NCBI GenBank assembly: GCA_036918135.1
Contig: JBALDB010000025.1
Coordinates: 1-64,000, forward strand
DNA length: 64,000 nt
Source: Nostoc sp.
GTDB taxonomy: Bacteria > Cyanobacteriota > Cyanobacteriia > Cyanobacteriales > Nostocaceae
Direction of reading: 5' to 3'
This document shows positions 20,668 through 30,960 of the stretch, piece by piece (within the stretch, counting starts at the first letter, position 1; the number at the start of each line of letters is the position of its first letter). A program made the translations under genes and the position numbers. The notes beneath the pieces were generated by a model that was given only the letters and a program-made list of their open reading frames with translations, was not told the origin of the DNA and made no database searches.

Positions 20668-21945
20668 GTGTCACGCAAAAAAATAGGTTTCTGGTCTGTG
20701 TGGGCATTGGGTGTAGGAGGCATTGTTGGTGGACTTTTTCCAGCGCTGGGAGTTGCAATTTAAATAGCTGATGCAGGCGCACCACTAGCATTTGCGATCG
20801 CCGGGACAATAGCTTTGATAACTACTTATGCTTATGCAAAACTTTCGGTAGCTCATCCATGTCGAGGCGGGACAGTCACCTTCTTAAACCAGGCTTTTGG
20901 TTCAGGGCTATTTAGTGGGACACTGAATCTTCTACTATGGTTTAGCTATGTAGTCATGCTTTCGTTTTACTTGCAGGCTTTTGGTAGTTATGGAGTTAGC
21001 CTGTTAGCGGAGTCTACTCAACCTATTTGGAAGCATTTACTGATTAGCTTGGCAATTTTAGGGACAACTGGATTAAATCTACTAACTGCCAATTATGTTG
21101 GGAAATCTCAAATCTGGATTGTCAGCTTCAAATTGGGAATTTTGATACTGTTCATTACTATGGGAAGTAGTCATATCGACATCTCCCATCTAGAACCAGT
21201 CTCAGTATCGTCGCTACAGTCAATTTTCGCAGGAGCAATGGTAATCTTCTTGTCTTATGAAGGCTTTGAGCTAATCGCCAATGCAGCAGAGGATCTTGTC
21301 AATCCCAAGCATACTTTGCCACGAGTTTATTACTCAGTAATTGGGTTCGTTATTTTGCTTTACGTTTTGATAGCACTCGTCACATTGGGAGCAGAACCAA
21401 TAGAACAGATTTTAGCAGCAAAAGACTATACTTTAGCTGAAGTTGCCAAACCAATTATGGGGCAATTTGGATCTGTTTTGATTACTATTGCTGCTTTGTT
21501 ATCAACTATCTCAGCTAGTAACGCAACACTCTACGGTTCAGCTCGTTTTAGTTCTATTATTGCTAAATCTAGAGGGTTTAACTCTGGCAGCCAAATAAAT
21601 GACTCTAACCAATCTTCAATTGGCTTATTTATTACTAGCGGTATTACTCTGATAATTGCCAATTTATTTGACATAAATCGGATCTCAACGATGGGTAGTG
21701 CTGGATTTCTCCTGATATTTGCTGCGGTTAATTTAGCTAATGCTCGTATGCATCGTTATACGAAAAGCAAGCAGTGGATTTCACTTCTAGGTGCTGGAAT
21801 ATGTTTAGTGGCACTAGGAATATTAATTTGGTTTGCTTTGCAAACAGATCCACAAACCGTCTGGGTTTTAGTGTTTATGGTAGGAGTAGCCATAGGTATT
21901 GAAGTAATCTACTACCTGTCAAACAAGCGACAGCTACACCTTTGA
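20668..21945 (+). pseudogene. APC family amino acid permease with in-frame stop
   Basis: GTG at 20668 reads MSRKKIGFWSVWALGVGGIVGGLFPALGVAI*IADAGAPLAFAIAG, in frame with ORF 20815-21945; TAA at 20761-20763; SYEGFELIAN motif. Confidence 0.85.
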
Positions 21946-22109
21946 AGAAGCGAGGCTCAACTTTAGGACGCATTTGTGGTAGTCCATGTTTGCATTAATT
22001 TTCAACCTGGCAAGTTGTTAGGTAGTTGCGGCTGATGGGCAATCATCCATCACCCTTAGAAAAACAACCTCTGCCATGATGTCTAACCTTTTGCATATTT
22101 AACTTAAAT

Positions 22110-22294
22110 GGTTCTTCAGTATGTGTTATGCCAAACTATTAATTAAAACTCAAAATCTAGTAACCAATTACGCTTTAAGCTTCTAAACCCTATAAAAACT
22201 TTTTAATTTGAGTTAAAAACTGATACTTTTGTTTTCCAGTACGGCTTTTGAGCTTTTTATAACGTACATTTAGCATACCAAGTACTGAAGAACC
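22110..22294. mobile_element. Non-autonomous MITE with ISL3-like ends
   Basis: TIRs GGTTCTTCAGTA../..TACTGAAGAACC; 8-bp direct repeat ACTTAAAT at 22102-22109 and 22295-22302. Confidence 0.85.
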
Positions 22295-22397
22295 ACTTAA
22301 ATTTATATTCAATAAGCAAAAAGGCTTATTACTTTAACTATTACCAGTTATACAATAATTTTCATAAATACTATGCAGCTATTTTTTATAAAAGCTT

Positions 22398-22826
22398 CTA
22401 TGGTTTTTGACTACTGGTCAATTTATCTAATAATTCAATAACCTTATTAGCATCTTTCAAAGTTTGCTTTGCCTTAGGAATGAGAAGATTAGAAGCTATA
22501 TAATCTTCATAGTCAACTTCATTCCTCAATCCACGTAGACGAGATAAACATTGTCCTAAATATCTTCTATCTGCATTTTTACTACTTTCTAACTCTTTGA
22601 TTACGTATTCATGTATACCAACTTTATCAGTCCTTAATTTACTGTCCCCTTCAATATCACGTAAGTAGTTTCTAGCTAGGCAAAAAGTTGAATAATACGC
22701 TCTACTAATAGAAGAGCGTATCTTTGCTTCATCAAGCAATGTACTATTTGCTTGTCTTAAAGAATTAGTTACTTCATCAAATAGAGTTTCTGCAAGCTTT
22801 AAATAACTTGACCAGTCGAATTTCAT
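22398..22826 (-). CDS. HEPN domain protein
   Basis: YLKLAE, SISRAYYSTF, H..V, LRGLRNEVDY pattern. Confidence 0.85.
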   Translation of the reverse strand: MKFDWSSYLKLAETLFDEVTNSLRQANSTLLDEAKIRSSISRAYYSTFCLARNYLRDIEGDSKLRTDKVGIHEYVIKELESSKNADRRYLGQCLSRLRGLRNEVDYEDYIASNLLIPKAKQTLKDANKVIELLDKLTSSQKP

Positions 22827-23323
22827 TCAAATTCCAAATTAATACAAAGATTTACAGCAACTCCTAATGAAGCTTCTATCCACCATTTTTGATCGAACTC
22901 GTCTAGTTTATTTAAAGCTTCATCAATATGTTCTGGACTAGAATAGATAGAAAGCAGTAATTTTTCCCATTGAGGAGATTCAGGATCAACAGACAGCTTT
23001 AATTGTAATTTTTCATATGGGAAATACTTTCTAATTTCTCGATGAGCTTTGAATAGAACATCTAGTAGGTTTTGATGCTTTCGCAAAAACCTCAGTATGT
23101 CAACAACATTGTCTATGGTGTAGAGTTGAAATATTTTGCTGAAGTTATCAGATAATTCACGATCTTCTTGCTGTCCTTGTTTCAGCCAAGTTTTTTGTTG
23201 CCCTATTCTATTTTCGTCAATAAACCAATCATTTGTTGATGACTTTTCAAGTTGAATAGATACAGTCAAAAATTCCGTATTGGGTAATTTATTTTTTCTT
23301 ACTTGTAGATTATCTAGGAGCAT
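22823..23323 (-). CDS. Hypothetical protein coupled to the HEPN gene
   Basis: 166-aa ORF, GGGGAGG SD, 4-bp ATGA overlap with the HEPN gene; DPE and DEFDQKWW motifs. Confidence 0.7.
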   Translation of the reverse strand: MLLDNLQVRKNKLPNTEFLTVSIQLEKSSTNDWFIDENRIGQQKTWLKQGQQEDRELSDNFSKIFQLYTIDNVVDILRFLRKHQNLLDVLFKAHREIRKYFPYEKLQLKLSVDPESPQWEKLLLSIYSSPEHIDEALNKLDEFDQKWWIEASLGVAVNLCINLEFE

Positions 23324-23334
23324 TTTCCTCCCCC

Positions 23335-24021
23335 TTATTTTGAGTTATAGTTAGGATCTAAGTACAGAACATCTGCTTTATTTAGAACAGAGTTTATAAC
23401 TTCTGTTTTTACTATAGATTCAGATAGTTGCTCTTGTAAATTCCTTACATCATTTGAGTCTAATGCTACATAAAACTCTCTCAAACCACTTGCATCTTGG
23501 TACTCGATTTTTAATGTGTGAACTATTAAAGCTCCAGCTATTCCTTCCTGAGTTTCTGATTTAAAAACAGGCCTAACATCAGTAATAATACGTGAATTTA
23601 ACAATAGATGATCGTACTCTTGTAGCAAGTTTACAGCTTTAGAATAAATACTGATTGAGCCATCTATTGCCAGCAATTGAGTCAGCCTTTGCTCAAAACG
23701 TTTTAATTCTTCATCTGATAAAGCTGAAAATGTATTATCAATTAATACAGCGTTACTTAATCCTGCCACTACTTCACTACTTTTAATATTTTCTTGATTA
23801 CTGAGAGCAAAAATTGAACTAATTGCTCTGATAATTTCTCGTAAATCATTGACAGAAATTTCTTCTAGTTTCGGATAAATCTCTAATACTAAGCTGTCTA
23901 TACTTATAAATGGATGAATTTCTATAATAGCATTAAGTAACTTATGAAATAGATTTTCATCAATTTTTATAAGTAATGTAATACCTAATTGATATTGTTG
24001 TGGAATTTTTAGATTATTCAT
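23335..24021 (-). CDS. Hypothetical protein, possibly COMMD-like
   Basis: 228 aa; helical N-terminus; C-terminal SRIITDVRPVF..LIVHTLKIEY..EFYVALD plus terminal helix. Confidence 0.65.
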   Translation of the reverse strand: MNNLKIPQQYQLGITLLIKIDENLFHKLLNAIIEIHPFISIDSLVLEIYPKLEEISVNDLREIIRAISSIFALSNQENIKSSEVVAGLSNAVLIDNTFSALSDEELKRFEQRLTQLLAIDGSISIYSKAVNLLQEYDHLLLNSRIITDVRPVFKSETQEGIAGALIVHTLKIEYQDASGLREFYVALDSNDVRNLQEQLSESIVKTEVINSVLNKADVLYLDPNYNSK

Positions 24022-24361
24022 GTGTCTTAACGTTAAAATATTTTATTTCACACTTAAAAATTTCAGCCTATTTTATATAATAATTAATTTATAAGTTTAA
24101 ATGAGTTTATTAGTATACATATTACATTATTAAAGTTTAATAAATCTTCTAATAGTATCAATTAGTAAATTTTCAATTAGCAAGTAAATACAAGCATAGA
24201 AGAGTTGTTCATTAGTGATAAGAGTTATAGCTATAGATTAGCATGAAAATGCCTTCTTTCTTTGAAATCTCTTTGAGCGTTCATAGTTAATAACAAGGAT
24301 GCATTAAAGCTTAGCAAAATTAAGAGCTTGAAATCTGAATTAATAGTAAATTATGAGTTAA

Positions 24362-25642
24362 CTACTCTTGTAAAACGGTCTTTGACACAATTCTAGTTTT
24401 CTTCAAGTCTGCTTCCGAAAGTTGTTCCCCAGCTTGCAGGCGCGTAGCGGAAGTTTGCAACACTGTCGCTGCACCTTTATCTCCAATTTGTAAGGCGGTT
24501 TTAGCGGCTGTTTGTAGCATTGTAGCTGCACCAGTGCGATCGCCTTGTTGCAATTTTGCCTCAGCTAACTGGGTTTGGCGATACTTGGCTAATGCTAGAA
24601 TTGATTGCTGCACCTGAGGATTAGATGCTGGTTGATACGCCCTCACTACATCTGCATACACGGGCACAATCGGCGAAAGTAAGCCTTGCTGGTTAACCAA
24701 GGGGTCATCATAGCGGATTTGCAGATGCCCAATTACCTGTTTTCCTTGTGGCAACTGTCCTAAATAAATATTAGCTAAAACTACTCTTTCTACATCCTGC
24801 ATCAAATCTCCCAAACGCACAGCAAAGCTGCCATCAGCTTGGGGTTCCACAGGTAACTCTATTGTGTCTGGGGAAACTTGGGCAATCGGTTTAAATTCTG
24901 CTAGTCGGACATTTGGTACTAAAGAAAACAATAAATAGGCATTGGTTAGCCCCACAGATTGAATGCGTCCAAACAAACGACTAAACTGCTCTACAGCTTG
25001 TTCGGCACGCTCAATATAAGCTAAAGTACCACCACCGACATCAGCAATTTTTTCTAACAAATCCTGATTCCATTTATTACCAAATCCAAGAGTGCTGATA
25101 GTTAAGTTGAGCTTGGCAGCTTTTAGTGCGAGTTCTAAACAACGCTTGTTGTCATCCGGGCCAATATCCCACTTCCAAATCCGCAAACTGCTTTCACCCT
25201 GCCCATCCGTGAGGAGAAAGGCTTGGGAAACAGCACCTCTTGTGCCCTTCATCAGTTCTGTAATTCCCAGTTCCAAACCTTCGGCAATTACCGTACCGCC
25301 GCTAGCACTCAGTTTCTTTTTAATTTGAGATTTGATGCTTTCGGGGTCTTCAATCGCTTGGTTGGGGATAATGACTTCCGCAGAACCCGCAAAAGCCACA
25401 ACAGAGATGCGATCGCCAACTTTCAATCGGTCGATTAATCCTTCTACTGCTTGAATCACCGTTTTAATTGGTTGTCCATGCATGGAACCACTTTTATCTA
25501 GAATCAAGCAGAGGTTAAGGGGCAGATTTTGGTCAAACTCACCAGCGCTCGCCGAAATTGTCATTGCCAATTGACGTTGACTACTAGTTTGAGCCACATC
25601 AACACGATCGTCATTTAGCGCCGATAGCAATTTAACTTTCAT
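24362..25642 (-). CDS. VWA domain protein (paralog 2)
   Basis: LDKSGSM MIDAS, GGT, LTDG. Confidence 0.92.
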   Translation of the reverse strand: MKVKLLSALNDDRVDVAQTSSQRQLAMTISASAGEFDQNLPLNLCLILDKSGSMHGQPIKTVIQAVEGLIDRLKVGDRISVVAFAGSAEVIIPNQAIEDPESIKSQIKKKLSASGGTVIAEGLELGITELMKGTRGAVSQAFLLTDGQGESSLRIWKWDIGPDDNKRCLELALKAAKLNLTISTLGFGNKWNQDLLEKIADVGGGTLAYIERAEQAVEQFSRLFGRIQSVGLTNAYLLFSLVPNVRLAEFKPIAQVSPDTIELPVEPQADGSFAVRLGDLMQDVERVVLANIYLGQLPQGKQVIGHLQIRYDDPLVNQQGLLSPIVPVYADVVRAYQPASNPQVQQSILALAKYRQTQLAEAKLQQGDRTGAATMLQTAAKTALQIGDKGAATVLQTSATRLQAGEQLSEADLKKTRIVSKTVLQE

Positions 25643-26895
25643 TGGGGAGGGGTATCTTGCAAAACTGTTTTGGAGACAATTCTGGTTTTCTTGCGATCGC
25701 TTTCGGATAAATCTTGTCCAGATTGGAGCTGGGTGGCAGAAGTTTGCAACACCGTCGCCGCACCAGTATCTCCCATTTGTAGGGCAGTTTTGGCAGCCGT
25801 TTGCAGCATTGTCGCCGCACCAGTGCGATCGCCTTGTTGTAATTTGGTCTCGGCTAACTGAGTTTGGCGATACTTGGCCAATGCCAAAATAGATTGTTGC
25901 ACTTGGGGATTGGGGTTTGGTTGGTAATCTCCCACTATATTGGCGTAAACTGCGATATTTGGGGTAAATAAACTTGTTTCGTTGGTAGCGGGGTCATCGT
26001 AGCGGACTTGGACATTAGCGATCGCTTGTTTCCCTGGTGGTAATTGTCCCAAATAAATATTAGCTAAAATCATCCGTTCTGCATCTTTCATTAAATCTCC
26101 CAAGCGTACAGAAAAACGTCCGTCAGATTCTTGTTGCAGTGGTAACTCAATCGTGTCCGGAGAAACCTGGGCAACGGGTTTGAGTTCCGCTAGCCGGACA
26201 TTGGGTATCAAGGAGAATAGCAAATAAGCATTAGTCAAAGCTACTGCTTGAACGCGACTGAACAAACGGCTAAATTCATCGACTACGCGATCGGGTTTTT
26301 GAATATAAGACAAAGTACCCAAACCAGCATCAGCAATTTTTTCTAAAACATCTTGGTTCCAATTATCACCAAATCCCAAAGTATTTAAAGTCAAATTATA
26401 GCTGGCAGCCAGTTGGGCAAATTTTAAACAGCGATTATTATCACCGTGTTCGTTTTCGCCATCGGTTAATAAAAAGGCCTGGGAAACACTATCTTTTTTT
26501 GCTTTTGCCAACTCCTCAATCCCTAAGCGCAATCCTTCATCAATCGAAGTTCCTCCATCAGCAGCTAGGCGGTTAATTTGCTGTTTTATTTTTTCTGGAT
26601 CTTCGATTGCTTGACTAGGGATTAAGACTTTAGCACGATGATTAAAAACTACAATACTCAGGCGATCGCCGGGATTTAATCTATCCACCAGACGATTCGC
26701 TGCATTTTTCACAGTTTCTAGCGAGCGCCCATTCATCGATCCGCTACGATCGAGAATTAAGCATAAATTCAGTGGCACATTACGGTCTTGAGTTTCGGCG
26801 ATCGCCGAAATCGAAATTCCTAACTGACGTTGAGTGTTCAGTTGATTGGCGTCTAAATTACTATCATTCAAGGCAGGCTGTAAGCTAACCCTCAT
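25639..26895 (-). CDS. VWA domain protein (paralog 1)
   Basis: LDRSGSM MIDAS, GGT, LTDGENEHG. Confidence 0.92.
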   Translation of the reverse strand: MRVSLQPALNDSNLDANQLNTQRQLGISISAIAETQDRNVPLNLCLILDRSGSMNGRSLETVKNAANRLVDRLNPGDRLSIVVFNHRAKVLIPSQAIEDPEKIKQQINRLAADGGTSIDEGLRLGIEELAKAKKDSVSQAFLLTDGENEHGDNNRCLKFAQLAASYNLTLNTLGFGDNWNQDVLEKIADAGLGTLSYIQKPDRVVDEFSRLFSRVQAVALTNAYLLFSLIPNVRLAELKPVAQVSPDTIELPLQQESDGRFSVRLGDLMKDAERMILANIYLGQLPPGKQAIANVQVRYDDPATNETSLFTPNIAVYANIVGDYQPNPNPQVQQSILALAKYRQTQLAETKLQQGDRTGAATMLQTAAKTALQMGDTGAATVLQTSATQLQSGQDLSESDRKKTRIVSKTVLQDTPPQ

Positions 26896-27127
26896 AACTC
26901 AAAGTTCCTATCCGGGATATAGATATTTGTAAATAACTTCAAAGCACTACTTTAGCGCTACGGAAAACCTATCCAATACATTAATATAATCAGAATATCT
27001 TAGAAGCCAAACATTGGTAGATGCCAGCCCCCGTTCGGCACTAGGGAGAAATCCACACCTTGAACAGAGTTGGCATCACGCTAGGATGTATTACAGTTAA
27101 CGGCATACTTTCAGGCGATCAGTTGCT

Positions 27128-27790
27128 ATGGACATTTCCGCCATCAAGGCTGTTCAATCCCCTTATTACGGCGATCGATTTTACCGGAAACCGCCGCCAG
27201 ATTTACCGTCTCTATTATTAAAGGAGCGAATTGTCTACTTAGGAACTCCTTTAGTTCCCCAAATTACAAAACTGATCATCGCCGAACTCCTGTATTTGCA
27301 GTCCGATGACCCAGATAAACCAATTAAAATTTACATCAACTCTACAGGCACTTCTGGTTACAGTGGCGATCCGATTGGCTTTGAAACCGAAGCCTTCGCC
27401 ATCTATGACACAATGAAATATATCAAGCCTCCGATCCACACAATTTGCATCGGTTCGGCGATGGGTATGGCAGCGATGATCCTCAGTGCTGGTACAAAAG
27501 GTTGCCGTGCTAGCTTACCCCATGCTTCGATTATTCTGCACCAACCAAAGAGTTACGCCCAAGGTCAAGCAACGGACATCCAAATTCGGGCAAAGGAAGT
27601 TTTAGTGAACAAGACAGCAATGATTGACATTCTGTCTCGCAACACTGAACAGGCACCAGAAAAAATTAGCAAAGATATGGATCGTCTATTATATATGACC
27701 CCCTATCAAGCTAAAGAATACGGTTTGATTGACCGAGTTTTTGAAAAAGAAGAACTAGCCAATCCTCCATTACCTGCTAGTGTCCTTTAA
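27128..27790 (+). CDS. clpR: Clp protease non-catalytic subunit ClpR
   Basis: PPPDLPSLLLKERIVYLG; catalytic Ser position reads AMGMA instead of AASMG; precedes clpP. Confidence 0.85.
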   Translation: MDISAIKAVQSPYYGDRFYRKPPPDLPSLLLKERIVYLGTPLVPQITKLIIAELLYLQSDDPDKPIKIYINSTGTSGYSGDPIGFETEAFAIYDTMKYIKPPIHTICIGSAMGMAAMILSAGTKGCRASLPHASIILHQPKSYAQGQATDIQIRAKEVLVNKTAMIDILSRNTEQAPEKISKDMDRLLYMTPYQAKEYGLIDRVFEKEELANPPLPASVL

Positions 27791-27893
27791 AAAATGAAGT
27801 GAGTCTTGATTTCTTGGGATTTCAACTCACTCTGCCCATAAGAGCGTCCAGGCTTCATCCTTGCTATAAATCATTGTAATAACGGAGCAAATT

Positions 27894-28487
27894 ATGCCTA
27901 TTGGTTATCCCAGCGTTCCCTATCGGTTGCCAGGGGGACAGATGGAAGAATGGGTTCACATTTATACTCGTCTTTCCCTAGAACGAATTATTTTTCTGGG
28001 AGAAGAAATTGATGATAAAATCGCCAACGAAATTATAGCCTTCTTACTATATCTGGATTCAGAAGATCCGGGTAAAGATATTTACATATACATCAATTCC
28101 CCTGGTGGTATGGTCACCTCTGGGCTGGCAATTTATGACACCATGCAACACATTAAATCAGATGTGGTAACAATATGCACGGGTCTTGCAGCCTCTATGG
28201 GGTCTTTTCTTTTAGCAGGTGGAGCCAAAGGTAAACGCTTAGCATTGCCTCACTCACGGATTATGATTCATCAACCTTCTGGTGGTACCCGTGGGCAAGC
28301 AACTGATATTGAAATTGAAGCTAGAGAGATTCTGCGGATTCGTAACCAGCTAAATCAAATTTATGCTGACAACACTGGTCAAACCATAGCAAAAATTGAA
28401 AAAGACATGGATCGTGACTTTTTTATGTCTGCCCAAGAAGCTAAAGAATACGGTTTAATTGACCGTGTGATTGAAGAGAGACCGTAG
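27894..28487 (+). CDS. clpP: ATP-dependent Clp protease proteolytic subunit (ClpP3-like)
   Basis: YINSPGG, GLAASMG, RIMIHQP. Confidence 0.95.
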   Translation: MPIGYPSVPYRLPGGQMEEWVHIYTRLSLERIIFLGEEIDDKIANEIIAFLLYLDSEDPGKDIYIYINSPGGMVTSGLAIYDTMQHIKSDVVTICTGLAASMGSFLLAGGAKGKRLALPHSRIMIHQPSGGTRGQATDIEIEAREILRIRNQLNQIYADNTGQTIAKIEKDMDRDFFMSAQEAKEYGLIDRVIEERP

Positions 28488-28489
28488 GA

Positions 28490-28680
28490 AGAGGACGCGG
28501 GGAGATGAGGAGATAGGGAAGTGTGGGGAGAGAGGGGATGGGGGAGATAGGGAAGTGTGGGGAGAGAGGGGGGCAAGATTTCCTCCCACACCTCCAAAAC
28601 CTCCCACACTCCCTTTTCCTCCCACACCTGCATTTGTTTCCCATCCTCCCACACCTCCAAAACCTCCCGCACTCCCTGTT
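28490..28680. repeat. Purine/pyrimidine-asymmetric short tandem repeats in inverted arrangement
   Basis: GGGAAGTGTGGGGAGA units followed by CTCCCACACCTCC units. Confidence 0.8.
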
Positions 28681-28812
28681 TGCCCCATGCTCAAAAAACT
28701 GTCAAAATTGAACTTTAAAATAGTAAATTAACCTTTATGATTAAAATCTCAGGCTTTTAAGCTCTCATAGCTGATAGCCGCTAGCTAAATATTCGATAGC
28801 TCATAGCTCAGG

Positions 28813-29436
28813 ATGGATCTTGGAGATTGCTACCGTTTATTGGGTTTAAGGTCGGGAGCCTCTTTTGCTGACATTAAAGCGTCTTACCGACGACTGGCGC
28901 AGCAATATCATCCCGATATCAACCCAGATGACAACAAAGCCAAAGATAAATTTATTGCCTTGACAGAGGCCTACAAACTCCTACTGACAGTAGTACTGCC
29001 AGAAGAAACAGCTGCACATGCAAATCAGGTGTCAACATCTGGACGCGATCGCCCCAGAGCAACGTATCGGGAGAAAACACCAGCAACAAAGGTGACAACT
29101 CAGCCACCAGCGACACCAAAGCCGCCTAATCTGGTAGAAATAGAACAGCGGCTAAAGTGGAAGACTTATGAGCAGTTGCAGCGATTTTTGCAACAAAGAC
29201 GATTTCCCCAAGCGATCGCTCTGGCTGAAGCTTTATCAGATCGGTTATCAGGGGATGCAGAAGTCCGCCAATGGCTAGCAGTTGCTTATCAAATTTGGGG
29301 ACGGGCATTAATATCTGAAAACCAGCTGCTCAAAGCCAGAATTTATCTCAAAAAAGCTTTGAAGACAGACCCCCATAATAAAAGCCTCTGGTATGAAGTG
29401 CAGCAAGATTTTCAGCGTTTAGAACAAATTTTTTGA
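28813..29436 (+). CDS. DnaJ domain protein with C-terminal TPR-like helices
   Basis: YRRLAQQYHPD; ALKTDPHN. Confidence 0.9.
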   Translation: MDLGDCYRLLGLRSGASFADIKASYRRLAQQYHPDINPDDNKAKDKFIALTEAYKLLLTVVLPEETAAHANQVSTSGRDRPRATYREKTPATKVTTQPPATPKPPNLVEIEQRLKWKTYEQLQRFLQQRRFPQAIALAEALSDRLSGDAEVRQWLAVAYQIWGRALISENQLLKARIYLKKALKTDPHNKSLWYEVQQDFQRLEQIF

Positions 29437-29643
29437 ACAAGAATACAGAATTGAGAATTGAGAACAAATAATATCAAGTTCGGTTATTTACTTGTAATTT
29501 AAAACTCCCCGTGTTAAAACGTCAGCCTTAATTATAAGGATTCAACTAGACATATATTATCTGGTTATCAAAGAGGACAACAAACCAAGCGTTTTTTCTT
29601 ACTGTGCCCTTCCAAGTGTCGCCCTCCTCTTGTTCTCTTTTAA

Positions 29644-29935
29644 TTATCGCTGCCATTCGCGCAACACTGCTCCGAGGGTAGCGATTCCCTCAATAATCTT
29701 TTGAGTTGGTTGAAAGCTAAAAGCTAACCTAATGGCATTATCCCCCTCACCGTTGGCGTAACAACGAGTTCCTGGTAAGAAGGTAACGCCGTGTTCTGCA
29801 CAAGCTACTTAGGAGTGCTTTGGCACTGATATTTTGCGGCAATTTACACCAAACGAAAAAGCCACCATCTGGTCGCAAAGGCACTATATCACTGGGAAAC
29901 TCAGCAGCGATCGCTTCTAATAACAAATTGAATTG
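29644..29935 (-). pseudogene. C-terminal remnant of a PLP-dependent class I/II (MocR-like) aminotransferase
   Basis: NLLLEAIAAEFP..RPDGGFFVWCKLP..AKALL, frameshift near 29810, then ACAEHGVTFLPGTRCY..NAIRLAFS..IIEGIATLGAVLREWQR*. Confidence 0.8.
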
Positions 29936-30062
29936 TACTTATGCTTGTAGCAGGCGATTAAGCCAGAATAGAGTATGGATTTTGTCTGTTGATGGATGTA
30001 TTCTTTCTTATAACATCATGACAAGCATCGTGAATATTGACTGATAGAACAGAATTACTACA

Positions 30063-30860
30063 GTGAAATTGATTAACTGCAAGTGGCAACAGCTAATTCT
30101 GAGTTTAGGGTGTCTGCTACTAATTCTTGCTTGTAACAGTTTCAATCCCAGTACCAACCAAGATGCCAAACTTCTCAAGGTTGCTACAGATCCTACCTTT
30201 ATCCCTTTTGAAATCCAAACAGCTAGTGGTAAGTTAGAAGGCTTTGATATTGATTTAATGAATGCGATCGCTCAAATCGCAGGTTTTAAAGTTAAGTTTG
30301 AAAATCTGCCCTTTGATGGCATGATCTCGACTTTGCAAGCCAAAAGAGTTGATGCTGCAATTAACGGAATTACAATTACCGCCGAACGTCTGAAAACAAT
30401 TGCTTTTTCCCGACCTTATTTTAAAGCCGGACTAGCGATCGCTGTACGCCAAGACAACCACAATATTAAAGACTTTAATAGTCTCCAGGGTCAAAAAATT
30501 GCTGTACAAATAGGTTCCACTGGGGCAGATTTTGCTAAAACTATCCCCAACGCCAAAATTAGTACTTTTAATTCTGGACCAGAATTTTTTCAAGACTTGC
30601 TCAATGGCAATGTTGATGCTGTGGTTAGCGATGCTTTCGCTACTTTGTATGCGATTAAAAATGGCAAACTCAAAGGCATCAAAGTTGTTGCCAACTTACT
30701 CACCCAAGAATACTACGGTATTGCCACACCTAAAGATTCCCCCTACCTAAACACAATTAACACAGCCATAGCCACTTTGTTATCTAACGGCACTTACAAG
30801 CAAATTTATCAAAAATGGTTTAATGCTGAACCTCCGCAATTACCAGAATCTTGGGTATAG
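30063..30860 (+). CDS. Polar amino acid ABC transporter substrate-binding lipoprotein
   Basis: LILAC lipobox, PFE, GFDIDL, ITAER, FSRPYF. Confidence 0.92.
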   Translation: MKLINCKWQQLILSLGCLLLILACNSFNPSTNQDAKLLKVATDPTFIPFEIQTASGKLEGFDIDLMNAIAQIAGFKVKFENLPFDGMISTLQAKRVDAAINGITITAERLKTIAFSRPYFKAGLAIAVRQDNHNIKDFNSLQGQKIAVQIGSTGADFAKTIPNAKISTFNSGPEFFQDLLNGNVDAVVSDAFATLYAIKNGKLKGIKVVANLLTQEYYGIATPKDSPYLNTINTAIATLLSNGTYKQIYQKWFNAEPPQLPESWV

Positions 30861-30960
30861 GGGATTTGGTACTGGGTACTAGGTATTTGGATATTGAGTA
30901 TAAAGAATTTTATCCTAGTCCTTAATCCCCAGTCCTAAGTCCCTAATCCCTAATTCCCAG
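30860..30960. repeat. STRR heptamer repeats
   Basis: GGGTACT-like and CCCTAAT/CCCCAGT units. Confidence 0.65.

Noticed and set aside
20526..20809. Short ORFs 20526-20771 (+) and 20615-20809 (-)
   Set aside because: They overlap a palindromic repeat and the true 5' end of the APC permease in another frame
22823..23323. Canonical MNT antitoxin
   Set aside because: No GSxxRG or DxD nucleotidyltransferase motif visible
28379..28731. Five overlapping short ORFs after clpP
   Set aside because: They are translations of a low-complexity G-rich/C-rich repeat tract, not credible genes
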